A stretch of DNA of 32,000 nt from Desulfobulbus propionicus DSM 2032 (GTDB lineage Bacteria > Desulfobacterota > Desulfobulbia > Desulfobulbales > Desulfobulbaceae). The DNA is taken from the NCBI RefSeq assembly GCF_000186885.1, contig NC_014972.1, positions 3,120,001 to 3,152,000 of the forward strand, read 5' to 3'. Both the position numbers and the translations under genes were made by a program. Positions 24,930 to 32,000 of the stretch are shown here, in pieces (position 1 is the first letter of the stretch; the number at the start of each line of letters is the position of its first letter). The notes below the pieces were generated by a model. That model worked only from the letters and a program-made list of their open reading frames with translations. It was not told the DNA's origin and made no database searches.

Positions 24930-26417
24930 TCAGTTGTCTGACGGCCCGACCAAACAGGGGCAACGGGCCGCCTGCACCTCGTCAAGCCGCCGCACCTTGG
25001 TCCGCTGCGGGGCCTGACGGAGCAGATCGGGCTGTTCGGCCGCCTCACGAACGATGGTCCGGAGGGTGGCGATGAACTGGTCGATGTCATCCTTGCACTC
25101 GGTTTCGGTGGGCTCGATCATCAGCGCCCCGTGCACCACCAGCGGAAAGTAGATGGTCGGCGGATGATAGCCGTAGTCGATCAGCCGCTTGGCCATGTCC
25201 AGGGTGGTGATCTTGCGCTCCTGCTGGTTGCGGTCGGAGAAGACGCACTCGTGCATGCAGGGCCGGTCATAGGGCAGATGAAGGACATCCTTCAGCTGCT
25301 CCTTGATGTAGTTGGCATTGAGCACCGCCAGTTGGCTGGCCCGCTTCAACCCGGCCTCGCCCATGGTGAGGATGTAGCTGTAGGCCCGCACCAGCACCCC
25401 GTAGTTGCCGTGAAAGGCATGCACCCGGCCCACCGACAGCGGCCGGTCGCTGTCCAGCCGGTAGTGTTCTCCCTCCTTGACCACCCGGGGCACGGGCAGG
25501 AAGGGCTCCAGTTCGCGGGTGACGCAAACCGGCCCAGCCCCCGGCCCACCACCGCCGTGCGGGGTGGAGAAGGTCTTGTGCAGGTTGAGGTGGAGGACGT
25601 CGATGCCGCAGCGCCCCGCGTCGATCACCCCCAGCACCGCGTTCATGTTGGCGCCATCGCCGTAGACCAGGCCGCCCTTGGCGTGGACGATCTCGGCGAT
25701 CTCGCGGATGCGCTCCTCAAACAGCCCCAGGGTGTTGGGGTTGGTGAGCATGATGCCGGCGGTATCCTCGTCCATCAGCGAGGCCACCAGGGCCGGATCG
25801 AGCATGCCCTGGTCGTCCGACTTGACCGGCACGGCCTTGTAGCCGCACAGGGCCGCCGAGGCCGGATTGGTGCCGTGGGCCGTATCCGGGATGAGGATCT
25901 TGTGGCGCTGACCGCCGCGACTGCGATGATAGGCATGGAAGATCAGCATGCCGGTCAGTTCGCCGTGTGCCCCGGCCGCCGGTTGCAAGGAGACCGCATC
26001 CAGGCCGGTGATGATCGCCAGGAACTGCTGCAACTCATGGAGCAGCCGCAGGGTGCCCTGGCAGAGTTCGTCGGCCAGCATTGGGTGAGCGCTGGCGATG
26101 GCCGGCGTGGCCGCCTGGCGCTCATTGGTCTTGGGGTTGTACTTCATGGTGCAGGAGCCGAGCGGGTACATGCCCGTGTCCACGCCGAAATTCCATTGCG
26201 ACAGCCGGGTGTAGTGGCGGACCACATCGACCTCGCTCAGATCCGGAAAATCCACCGGTGCACCGAGCAGCGCCTCGTCGATGGCGGCAGCCGGGACATC
26301 GCTCTCGGGAATCGACATCCCGATCCGCCCCTTCTTGCCCTTGTGCCACAACAGCGGCTCGTTGAGGATCAGCCCGCCGGTCCCCAGGGATTCGCCGGTC
26401 TTCTCGATTGTGCTCAT
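24930..26417 (-). CDS. gcvPB: Glycine dehydrogenase (aminomethyl-transferring) subunit 2
   Basis: 495 aa starting at MSTIEKTGESLGTGGLILNEPL.. with ..LGSCTMKYNP.., ..DTAHGTNPASA.. and ..LHLNLHKTFSTPHGGGGPG (PLP lysine). The 906-aa track ORF is this gene plus an out-of-frame read through gcvPA. Confidence 0.93.
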   Translation of the reverse strand: MSTIEKTGESLGTGGLILNEPLLWHKGKKGRIGMSIPESDVPAAAIDEALLGAPVDFPDLSEVDVVRHYTRLSQWNFGVDTGMYPLGSCTMKYNPKTNERQAATPAIASAHPMLADELCQGTLRLLHELQQFLAIITGLDAVSLQPAAGAHGELTGMLIFHAYHRSRGGQRHKILIPDTAHGTNPASAALCGYKAVPVKSDDQGMLDPALVASLMDEDTAGIMLTNPNTLGLFEERIREIAEIVHAKGGLVYGDGANMNAVLGVIDAGRCGIDVLHLNLHKTFSTPHGGGGPGAGPVCVTRELEPFLPVPRVVKEGEHYRLDSDRPLSVGRVHAFHGNYGVLVRAYSYILTMGEAGLKRASQLAVLNANYIKEQLKDVLHLPYDRPCMHECVFSDRNQQERKITTLDMAKRLIDYGYHPPTIYFPLVVHGALMIEPTETECKDDIDQFIATLRTIVREAAEQPDLLRQAPQRTKVRRLDEVQAARCPCLVGPSDN

Positions 26418-27748
26418 GCCCGCACCTCCGCCGCAATGGCGTCCATGGTCTGTTTGCTGATCGTCTCGGTCACGCAGAAGAGGTACTGGCCCGCACGCTC
26501 CGGATAGAGTGCGCCCAGTTCCAGACCGGCGACGATGTTCCTCGCCAGCAGCCGCTCGCGCACCGGCCGGAAGTCGGTCGGAAATTCGACCACGAACTCG
26601 TTGAAGCTCGGGGCAGCAAAGACGATCCGCGCCCCGGCCTGCTGCAACGCCTTGTGCAAATACTGACTCTTGTCGTAGTTGAGTCGGGCCAACTGACGCA
26701 GGCCGGTGCCGCCCAGCGAGGCCATGTAGATGGCAGCGGTCAGGGCGCAGATCCCCTGGTTGGAGCAGATGTTGGAGGTGGCCTTTTCGCGGCGGATATG
26801 CTGCTCGCGGGTGGCGAGCGTCAGCACATAGCCGCGCCTCCCTTCGACATCCTTGGTCTCGCCGACCAGCCGTCCGGGCAGATTGCGGACAAAGGGTTCC
26901 TTGCAGCCGAACATGCCCAATCCCGGCCCGCCGAAAGAGGGGGCGATGCCGAAGCTCTGGCCCTCGCCGCAGACGATGTCCGCCCCGCAGGCACCGGGAT
27001 TTTTCAATAGGCCATAGGCGAGCGGCTCGGTGAAACAGGTGATGAACAGTCCGCCTGCCGAATGAATGGTCGATCCGGCCGCATCCAGATCCTCGATGAC
27101 GCCAAAGAAGTTGGGCGACTGCAGGGCCACGGCAGCCAGGTCGTCGACACCGGCCAGCCCGCTCAGATCGGTGCGGCCATCTGCCTGATAGTCCAGCTCC
27201 ACGATCTCGAAGCCGGCGGGCTGGAGATAGGCCCGGACCACGGCGCGATAGTGGGGATGAATCGTCTTGGACATGGCCACCCGCCGTTTCTTCTTGGCGA
27301 TGCGCAAGCCCATGAGCAGGGCCTCGGCCAGGGCGGAACCACCGTCGTACATCGAGGCGTTGACCACATCCACGCCCAGCAACCGGGCGGTCAAGGTCTG
27401 ATACTCGAAGATGCCCTGCAGGGTGCCCTGGGCCATCTCCGGCTGATAGGGGGTGTAGGCGGTGAGGAATTCCGAGCGGCCGGCCAGACTGCGCACGGTT
27501 TCCGGGATGTGATGGCGATAGCTGCCGGCACCGACCAGCAACTGGGAGGTGTCGTCCACCCGCATGGCACCGGCCAACTGGCGCAGGTGGTCGTTCAGCT
27601 CCCATTCGCTCTGGGCGGCGGGCAGGTTCCAGGGGTTGGTCATCCGGCACTCGGCAGGCACGCTGTCAAACAGTCGGTCCAGACTGTCGACACCGATGGC
27701 CGCGAGCATGGCACCGATCTCTTCGGAGGTATGAGGCAGGTAGCGCAT
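26414..27748 (-). CDS. gcvPA: Glycine dehydrogenase (aminomethyl-transferring) subunit 1
   Basis: MRYLPHTSEEIGAMLAAIG.., ..FLTAYTPYQPEMAQGTLQ... 444 aa. Its stop overlaps the gcvPB start by 4 nt. Confidence 0.93.
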   Translation of the reverse strand: MRYLPHTSEEIGAMLAAIGVDSLDRLFDSVPAECRMTNPWNLPAAQSEWELNDHLRQLAGAMRVDDTSQLLVGAGSYRHHIPETVRSLAGRSEFLTAYTPYQPEMAQGTLQGIFEYQTLTARLLGVDVVNASMYDGGSALAEALLMGLRIAKKKRRVAMSKTIHPHYRAVVRAYLQPAGFEIVELDYQADGRTDLSGLAGVDDLAAVALQSPNFFGVIEDLDAAGSTIHSAGGLFITCFTEPLAYGLLKNPGACGADIVCGEGQSFGIAPSFGGPGLGMFGCKEPFVRNLPGRLVGETKDVEGRRGYVLTLATREQHIRREKATSNICSNQGICALTAAIYMASLGGTGLRQLARLNYDKSQYLHKALQQAGARIVFAAPSFNEFVVEFPTDFRPVRERLLARNIVAGLELGALYPERAGQYLFCVTETISKQTMDAIAAEVRA

Positions 27749-27752
27749 CGGC

Positions 27753-28148
27753 TTATCCTTTGAGCATCTCGAGGTAGCTGGCCGCGGTGTGCAGCTGCTG
27801 GAATTCGCCCGGATCAGACGGCTTGATCTCGATGATCCAGGCGCCGTACGGATCCTGATTGATCAGTTCCGGCGCATCGGTCAGGGCGGTGTTGACCGCG
27901 ATCACCGTGCCGGACAGGGGCATGTACAGCTCGGACACCGCCTTGACCGACTCCAGGGTGCCGAATTCATCGCCCTTGGCGAAGCTGTCGCCGATGGCCG
28001 GCAGCTCGACAAAGACAATGTCGCCCAGCTGGTCCTGGGCATAGTCGCTGACACCGATGCGTGCGGTGTCACCGGTGATTTGCGCCCATTCGTGGTCATC
28101 GGTGTAGCCGAGGTCGCCGGGCAGATGCAGTTCGTCGAGTTCTTTCAT
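27753..28148 (-). CDS. gcvH: Glycine cleavage system H protein (lipoyl carrier)
   Basis: 131 aa with ..YTDDHEW.. and the lipoyl-lysine motif ..LESVKAVSELY... Confidence 0.93.
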   Translation of the reverse strand: MKELDELHLPGDLGYTDDHEWAQITGDTARIGVSDYAQDQLGDIVFVELPAIGDSFAKGDEFGTLESVKAVSELYMPLSGTVIAVNTALTDAPELINQDPYGAWIIEIKPSDPGEFQQLHTAASYLEMLKG

Positions 28149-28167
28149 GGATGGTTCTCCTCAAAGG

Positions 28168-29457
28168 TTACAGCATATTCTGGATGGGTTTGCGGGCGGT
28201 GCGGTCCGGCCGGATGTCGTCACGGATCTCCGCCTTCAGCCTCCGTTTGCCGTCGGTGAGCACAATTTCCGTGCCCACGGGCAGTTGGGTCTGGAGACGG
28301 ACAAAGCCGCAGCAGAGGCCGCGCGGTGAGAAAGAGGCAGGGCGACCATTCTCGACCGGGGTGGCAATGCTGACAATGGTGCCGTTCACCCGGTCCATGG
28401 CCATGTCGGTGGTGCAGGTGAGGATGGTGCCCAGTGGATTGCCGTCCACATCGGTCACCAGGCTCCTGTCGCCGAGAGGGATCTTGCGTGGATCGAAGCC
28501 GGCAAAGGCCTGGGTGCAGGGCGCACCGGACACCGCCCGCAGGGCGGCGCTGCCGATGAACTCCTTGGTGAATCCGGTGGCGGCCTCGTCCCAGGGCAGC
28601 ACAAACAGCCAGGGGTTGGCGGCAAAGAGCCAGGGGCCGATATCCTGGTGGGAGAGCGGCAGGCCGGCGCCGGCGCGCAACGAGTCGCGGGCCGCCAAAC
28701 CGCAGGCGATAATCCCCTCGGACTCGCCTGCCGAGAGCAGCAGGCTCCACAACCGCTCGACATGCGCCGGCGCAATAAAGAGTTCAAAGCCGAACTCGCC
28801 GGTGTAGCCGGTGCGCGAGACCAGCACCGGCGTGCCGTCAATGAGCGTCACTGACACGGCGGCGGGCAGGGTTTGTGGAGCGAAACTCCCCTTGAACGAG
28901 AAGTAGACCATCTTGGCAAAAACCTGGTCAGGATCGCGCAGCACCCGGGTCAAAATCTTGCCGGCCAGCGGCCCTTGGATGTCCATCTTGCCCACCCGGT
29001 CGGTGTGGTCGGTGATCCGCGCCGCATCGCCGTTCGGGTTACGTTGGTGCAGATGGGCACTCACCGGTCCGCCCATGGCGGCGTTGACCACGAGCATGTA
29101 GTCCGTCTCGCCGCACTGATAGACAATGGCGTCGTCGATCACCCAGCCGTTGTCGTCGAGAAACACCCCGTAGACGCAGCGGCCGGGAACGAGCGGCCCT
29201 TTCCCCGGCCCGATGCATTGCTCCAGGTCCTTGGAAAAGCAGCGTTGCAGCAATTCGCGCACCGCCGGGCCGTGCAGGGTGAGCACCGCCATGTGGCTGG
29301 TGTCGAACAGCCCGGCAGCGGTGATGGCCGTCAGATGCTCGGCCTTGGCGCCCGCCGGATACCAGAGCGGCATCTCATAGCCGCCGAAGGCCGCCATGTT
29401 GGCCCCATGGCTGACATGCCAGGCATGCAGCGGGGTGGTTTTCAACGCTGTTTCCAT
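28168..29457 (-). CDS. gcvT: Aminomethyltransferase (glycine cleavage T protein), long form
   Basis: ..TPLHAWHVSHGANMAAFGGYEMPLWY.., ..GLFDTSHM.., ..SRTGYTGEFGFELF.., ..ACGLAARDSLR... The ATG at 29457 has GGAGGAG 8 nt upstream. An alternative ATG at 29475 overlaps the regulator stop (TAATG). Confidence 0.85.
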   Translation of the reverse strand: METALKTTPLHAWHVSHGANMAAFGGYEMPLWYPAGAKAEHLTAITAAGLFDTSHMAVLTLHGPAVRELLQRCFSKDLEQCIGPGKGPLVPGRCVYGVFLDDNGWVIDDAIVYQCGETDYMLVVNAAMGGPVSAHLHQRNPNGDAARITDHTDRVGKMDIQGPLAGKILTRVLRDPDQVFAKMVYFSFKGSFAPQTLPAAVSVTLIDGTPVLVSRTGYTGEFGFELFIAPAHVERLWSLLLSAGESEGIIACGLAARDSLRAGAGLPLSHQDIGPWLFAANPWLFVLPWDEAATGFTKEFIGSAALRAVSGAPCTQAFAGFDPRKIPLGDRSLVTDVDGNPLGTILTCTTDMAMDRVNGTIVSIATPVENGRPASFSPRGLCCGFVRLQTQLPVGTEIVLTDGKRRLKAEIRDDIRPDRTARKPIQNML

Positions 29458-29474
29458 TCGCGGCTCTCCTCCCA

Positions 29475-29951
29475 TTACTCGTTGCCCTCACTGAACCCTG
29501 GAACCGGTTGACCGGTCAGGGGAACCTTGAGGTTGAAACTCTTGTAGACCACAAAGGTCTCGACCGAGCGCACATTGTCGATGGTCGCCACCTCCTGGGT
29601 GAAGAACTCAAGCAGGCCAAAGTCCTTACTCAGCATGGCGGTGACGATGAGGTCGAACTGGCCGGTGACCACGCACACTGAAATGACGCCGCGCAGCCGG
29701 CTGAACTCCTCGCCTTTCTTGACCAGATCCATGTCCTTGACCCGCACGCCCACCATGACGATCTGCTGATCGGGCAAGGCCTCGGGGTTGACCAGGCCGC
29801 TGATGGAAAGTACGCCCTCGTCGATCAGCTTCTTGACCCGCGAGCGCACTGTGCCTTCGGCCAGATGGAGATCGTCGGCGATTTTCTTGAAGGAGGCCCG
29901 GCCATCCTTGAGGCGGTTGATGATAGCGAGACTGGTGGCGTCAAGATGCAT
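29475..29951 (-). CDS. Lrp/AsnC family transcriptional regulator
   Basis: N-terminal helix-turn-helix (..IINRLKDGRASFKKIADDLHLAEGTVRSRVKKLIDEGVL) followed by a RAM/ACT-like C-terminal domain. 158 aa. Confidence 0.88.
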   Translation of the reverse strand: MHLDATSLAIINRLKDGRASFKKIADDLHLAEGTVRSRVKKLIDEGVLSISGLVNPEALPDQQIVMVGVRVKDMDLVKKGEEFSRLRGVISVCVVTGQFDLIVTAMLSKDFGLLEFFTQEVATIDNVRSVETFVVYKSFNLKVPLTGQPVPGFSEGNE

Positions 29952-29983
29952 GGGCGGCGGCGATTTGATGAAATATTGATCAA

Positions 29984-30012
29984 ACGCTAAAGAAAAATAT
30001 CGATCCTGTCAA
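29984..30012 (-). promoter_or_regulatory. Candidate sigma70 promoter of the lrp-gcv-lip operon (TTGACA-17 nt-TAGCGT)
   Basis: On the minus strand, -35 TTGACA is at 30012-30007, the spacer is 17 nt, and -10 TAGCGT is at 29989-29984. The inverted repeat TTTGAT-N9-ATCAAA (29964-29984) lies between the -10 and the start codon. Confidence 0.4.
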
Positions 30013-30108
30013 CATTGATCTTTTTTTTTGCCGAATACGTCAAAACACAAAAAAAACGCGACCGAGGTGCGCCTGAACGGCCGGGAAAGAGAAGTGCGCC
30101 TGTCGGGC

Positions 30109-30142
30109 AAAAAAAAAGCTCCGGTCAACGAAGACCGGAGCT
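30109..30142 (-). terminator. Rho-independent terminator of tpx
   Basis: Perfect 10-bp stem AGCTCCGGTC / GACCGGAGCT (30117-30126 / 30133-30142) with a 6-nt loop. On the minus strand it is followed by a run of 9 T. It lies 27 nt after the tpx stop. Confidence 0.8.
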
Positions 30143-30168
30143 GGAGGGGTGAAACCGGGGGCAACCAA

Positions 30169-30669
30169 TTATTTCAAGGCGGCCAGGGCGGCATCGTAGT
30201 CCGGTTCTTGAGCGATTTCAGGAACCTGCTCGGTGTGGACCACCTTGCCGTCAGCGCCGACAATGACAATGGCACGGGACAGCAGGCCGGCAATGGGGCC
30301 AGTGGTGATGGTCACCCCATAGTCCTTGCCAAAGGCCGGAGAACGGAACACGGAAAGCGACTCGACATTTTTGAGGCCATCGGTCTCGCAGAAACGGGTA
30401 TGGGCAAAGGGCAGGTCCGCGGAGATGCAGAGCACAACCGTGTTGTCGGTCTCACCGGCCATCTTGTTGAAGCGGCGCACCGAGGCCGCGCACACCGGGG
30501 TATCGATGCTCGGAAAGATATTGAGCACGATTTTTTTTCCTTTGTAATCCGCCAGGCTGACCTCGGACAGGTCCGTCTTGACCAAGGTGAAGTTGGGGGC
30601 GGCTGAACCCTTGGCCGGCAGTTCGCCGATGGTCTCGATTGCATTGCCTTTCAACGTGATTTTGGCCAT
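30169..30669 (-). CDS. tpx: Thiol peroxidase (atypical 2-Cys peroxiredoxin)
   Basis: 166 aa with ..FPSIDTPVCAASVRRFN.. (peroxidatic Cys) and ..ISADLPFAHTRFC.. (resolving Cys). AAGGAG SD is present. Confidence 0.92.
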   Translation of the reverse strand: MAKITLKGNAIETIGELPAKGSAAPNFTLVKTDLSEVSLADYKGKKIVLNIFPSIDTPVCAASVRRFNKMAGETDNTVVLCISADLPFAHTRFCETDGLKNVESLSVFRSPAFGKDYGVTITTGPIAGLLSRAIVIVGADGKVVHTEQVPEIAQEPDYDAALAALK

Positions 30670-30728
30670 GGTGAGTCTCCTTTTTGTTCAAATGAGTTGT
30701 CAACTTGCGTCAAATGTCTGTCCCGAAA

Positions 30729-30752
30729 GCGCATGGGATAGATCCCATGCGC
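30729..30752. repeat. Perfect 11-bp inverted repeat (GCGCATGGGAT-AG-ATCCCATGCGC)
   Basis: Read directly from the sequence. It lies between the Fur-box promoter candidate and the tpx start codon, about 60-80 nt upstream of the ATG. Confidence 0.6.
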
Positions 30753-30786
30753 TGTGCACCAGCAAAGAATGATACATTGATGCAGA

Positions 30787-30801
30787 AAATAATCATTATC
30801 A
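30787..30801 (-). promoter_or_regulatory. Fur/PerR-type 7-1-7 operator overlapping the candidate tpx promoter
   Basis: The minus strand reads TGATAAT-G-ATTATTT against the classical TGATAAT-N-ATTATCA (12/14 match). It overlaps a candidate promoter TTTACA (30813-30808)-16 nt-TATTTT (30791-30786). Confidence 0.55.
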
Positions 30802-30892
30802 TTTTTTTGTAAAGCAAAAAGAAGCGGATAGATTTTTTTCCTGCCCTCCGGAAGAACGCGTTGGACGGTCGGCCCGGGGATGCCCGGCTCCA

Positions 30893-31378
30893 TCACTGCA
30901 AGGACTCGGCTTGCCGTGCATCGTACTCCTGTTGGGCCTGGGCGCAAGCGGTGCAGGTGCCGTGCACCACCACGCTGGCGTGATCGACCGTGCCGATCTC
31001 GCCAACATTGGACGGCAGTTCGGCCGTATCGAAGGAGGGCCAGAAAAAATCAAAGACCTGACCGCAGACATCGCACAGGAAGTGGTGATGGCGGGTGTGA
31101 AGCACCTCGTAGCGGGCTTGGCTCGCCGCTGTTTCCAATCGGTGGACCAGCCCCAGCTTTTCGAAAGTTGCCAGGGTGCGGTAGACGGTATCCAACGACA
31201 GGGTTGGCAGACGCCTTTCCAATCGCTTGTACAACGTTTCCGCCGATGGATGGTCGCGGGCCCCGAGCAGTTCCCGGTACACCTCCAGCCGCTGGTGGGT
31301 CACCTTGAGACCCGCTCCCTTGCATCTCTGCTCAAAATGTTGAATTTGCCGCTGAATGTGTATCGTTTCCATGCGCAT
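30893..31378 (-). CDS. Fur family transcriptional regulator (PerR-like by genomic context)
   Basis: ..KVTHQRLEVYRELL...HPSAETLYKRL....LSLDTVYRTLATFEKLGLV.. winged-helix region. Two CxxC pairs (CDVC, CTAC) and a His-rich HTRHHHF segment are present. It is adjacent to tpx. Confidence 0.88.
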   Translation of the reverse strand: MRMETIHIQRQIQHFEQRCKGAGLKVTHQRLEVYRELLGARDHPSAETLYKRLERRLPTLSLDTVYRTLATFEKLGLVHRLETAASQARYEVLHTRHHHFLCDVCGQVFDFFWPSFDTAELPSNVGEIGTVDHASVVVHGTCTACAQAQQEYDARQAESLQ

Positions 31379-31523
31379 AAAACTGATAATTTTTACTAAA
31401 TATTCGTTACTGATCTGTAGTAAAAGGTATTCATACCGCCGTCAACGAGATTCTGCATTCTCCCTCATTGTGGTAGGCGAAGCGGCGTCGCTCCTTCGGT
31501 CGCGGCTTGTGCGTTCGCTGCCC

Positions 31524-32000
31524 TCACGCCGCCTGCTCGGTGGTGGCCAGCAGCTCGCCGATCCGGTTGGCATGGACCATACCCGCCGCCCACTCGTCGG
31601 GAATGGCCTGCCGGCCCAGGTGGGCGCCGAGGATCATGCCCGCCACCAGTCCCCGCGCCGCCGAATCGCCGCCGGCCATGACGTTCTCGATCAGCCCGGT
31701 CCGGAGATCGTCCGCGTAGGTGAGGACAAGATGGATGGCCCCGGGCAGGGCTGCGGCAATGCCGCACATCTGACCGAATTTGTTGATCACCGTGCGGGTG
31801 TCCTTGCCGCCGGAATCGAGGCCGCCGCGGATACGGATGTCCAGGTCAATGTCGTCCACCCCTTCTTCCAATGCCCCTTCCATGGCTTCGGCCGGATCGG
31901 CGCCGTGCAGGACAGCCCAGGCGGTTTTGGCGATGAATTCGGCACCGGCCAGGGTGGCCGGATTGTTGTGGGTCAGGGCGGTCTGCTGGCGCACCGCCGC
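31524..32000 (-). CDS. ADP-ribosylglycohydrolase family protein, C-terminal fragment (5' end lies outside the window)
   Basis: The ORF is open to the window edge. It contains ..NVMAGGDSAARGLVAGMILGAHLG..IP.EW.., typical of the C-terminal metal-binding region of this family. Confidence 0.75.
   Translation of the reverse strand, partial: AAVRQQTALTHNNPATLAGAEFIAKTAWAVLHGADPAEAMEGALEEGVDDIDLDIRIRGGLDSGGKDTRTVINKFGQMCGIAAALPGAIHLVLTYADDLRTGLIENVMAGGDSAARGLVAGMILGAHLGRQAIPDEWAAGMVHANRIGELLATTEQAA

Noticed and set aside
25131-26507. 458-aa ORF on the + strand opposite gcvPB (the same applies to 20639-21856 opposite metY and 23250-24299 opposite lipA)
   Set aside because: All three are antisense to strongly supported genes, have biased composition, and show no motifs or ribosome-binding sites.
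24930-27650. 906-aa ORF suggesting a fused single-chain glycine dehydrogenase
   Set aside because: Only the C-terminal 495 aa (from the ATG at 26417) look like GcvPB. The N-terminal ~410 aa are an out-of-frame read across gcvPA (R/P/G-rich). gcvPA itself is encoded in another frame at 26414-27748. This is the split P1/P2 arrangement.
1-32000. CRISPR arrays, IS elements, integrases, prophage or defence islands
   Set aside because: I saw no regularly spaced direct repeats, no transposase-, integrase- or recombinase-like ORFs, and no terminal inverted repeats. The only tRNA is not flanked by an integrase or a direct repeat of its 3' end. Apart from short AT-rich intergenic regions, composition looked uniform by eye.

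Overview
GC-rich (~60%+) chromosomal window, densely packed with housekeeping genes. I saw no mobile elements, CRISPR arrays or rRNA. The gene content suggests an anaerobic Gram-negative, possibly Desulfobacterota-like; this is an inference from the split GcvP, the IspDF fusion, the Sec-containing SelD and the multihaem cytochromes.

Gene order, left to right:
- ald (3' fragment)
- aqpZ (-)
- an nfo-surE-DUF1499-like operon (-)
- a membrane protein with a degenerate HD-GYP domain (+)
- a membrane M48 protease with a TPR tail (-)
- tRNA-CAU (+)
- a long co-directional block on +: Nif3, zinc-ribbon protein, RNase H-like protein, RNase P RNA (rnpB), ispDF, M20 peptidase
- selD (-), which is only complete if an in-frame UGA is read as selenocysteine
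- purF and a small ferredoxin (+)
- two tandem CydA-like membrane proteins (+), the second fused to a periplasmic domain with eight CxxCH motifs, followed by an ICMT-like methyltransferase
- a 215-aa hypothetical protein (-)
- metY (+)
- a VKOR-thioredoxin fusion (-)
- a tightly packed seven-gene operon on -: lrp/asnC, gcvT, gcvH, gcvPA, gcvPB, lipB, lipA
- tpx and a Fur-family (PerR-like) regulator (-), with a recognisable Fur-type box
- a 3' fragment of an ADP-ribosylglycohydrolase gene (-)

The most unusual element is the CydA-like / CydA-like-octahaem cytochrome c pair at 15595-19223. It looks like an uncharacterised membrane redox module built on a cytochrome bd scaffold. Other notable items are the Sec-recoded selD with a candidate SECIS hairpin, rnpB sitting about 10 nt upstream of the ispDF start, and several candidate operators or hairpins in the AT-rich intergenic regions.

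All homology statements come from reading motifs by eye. No searches were run.
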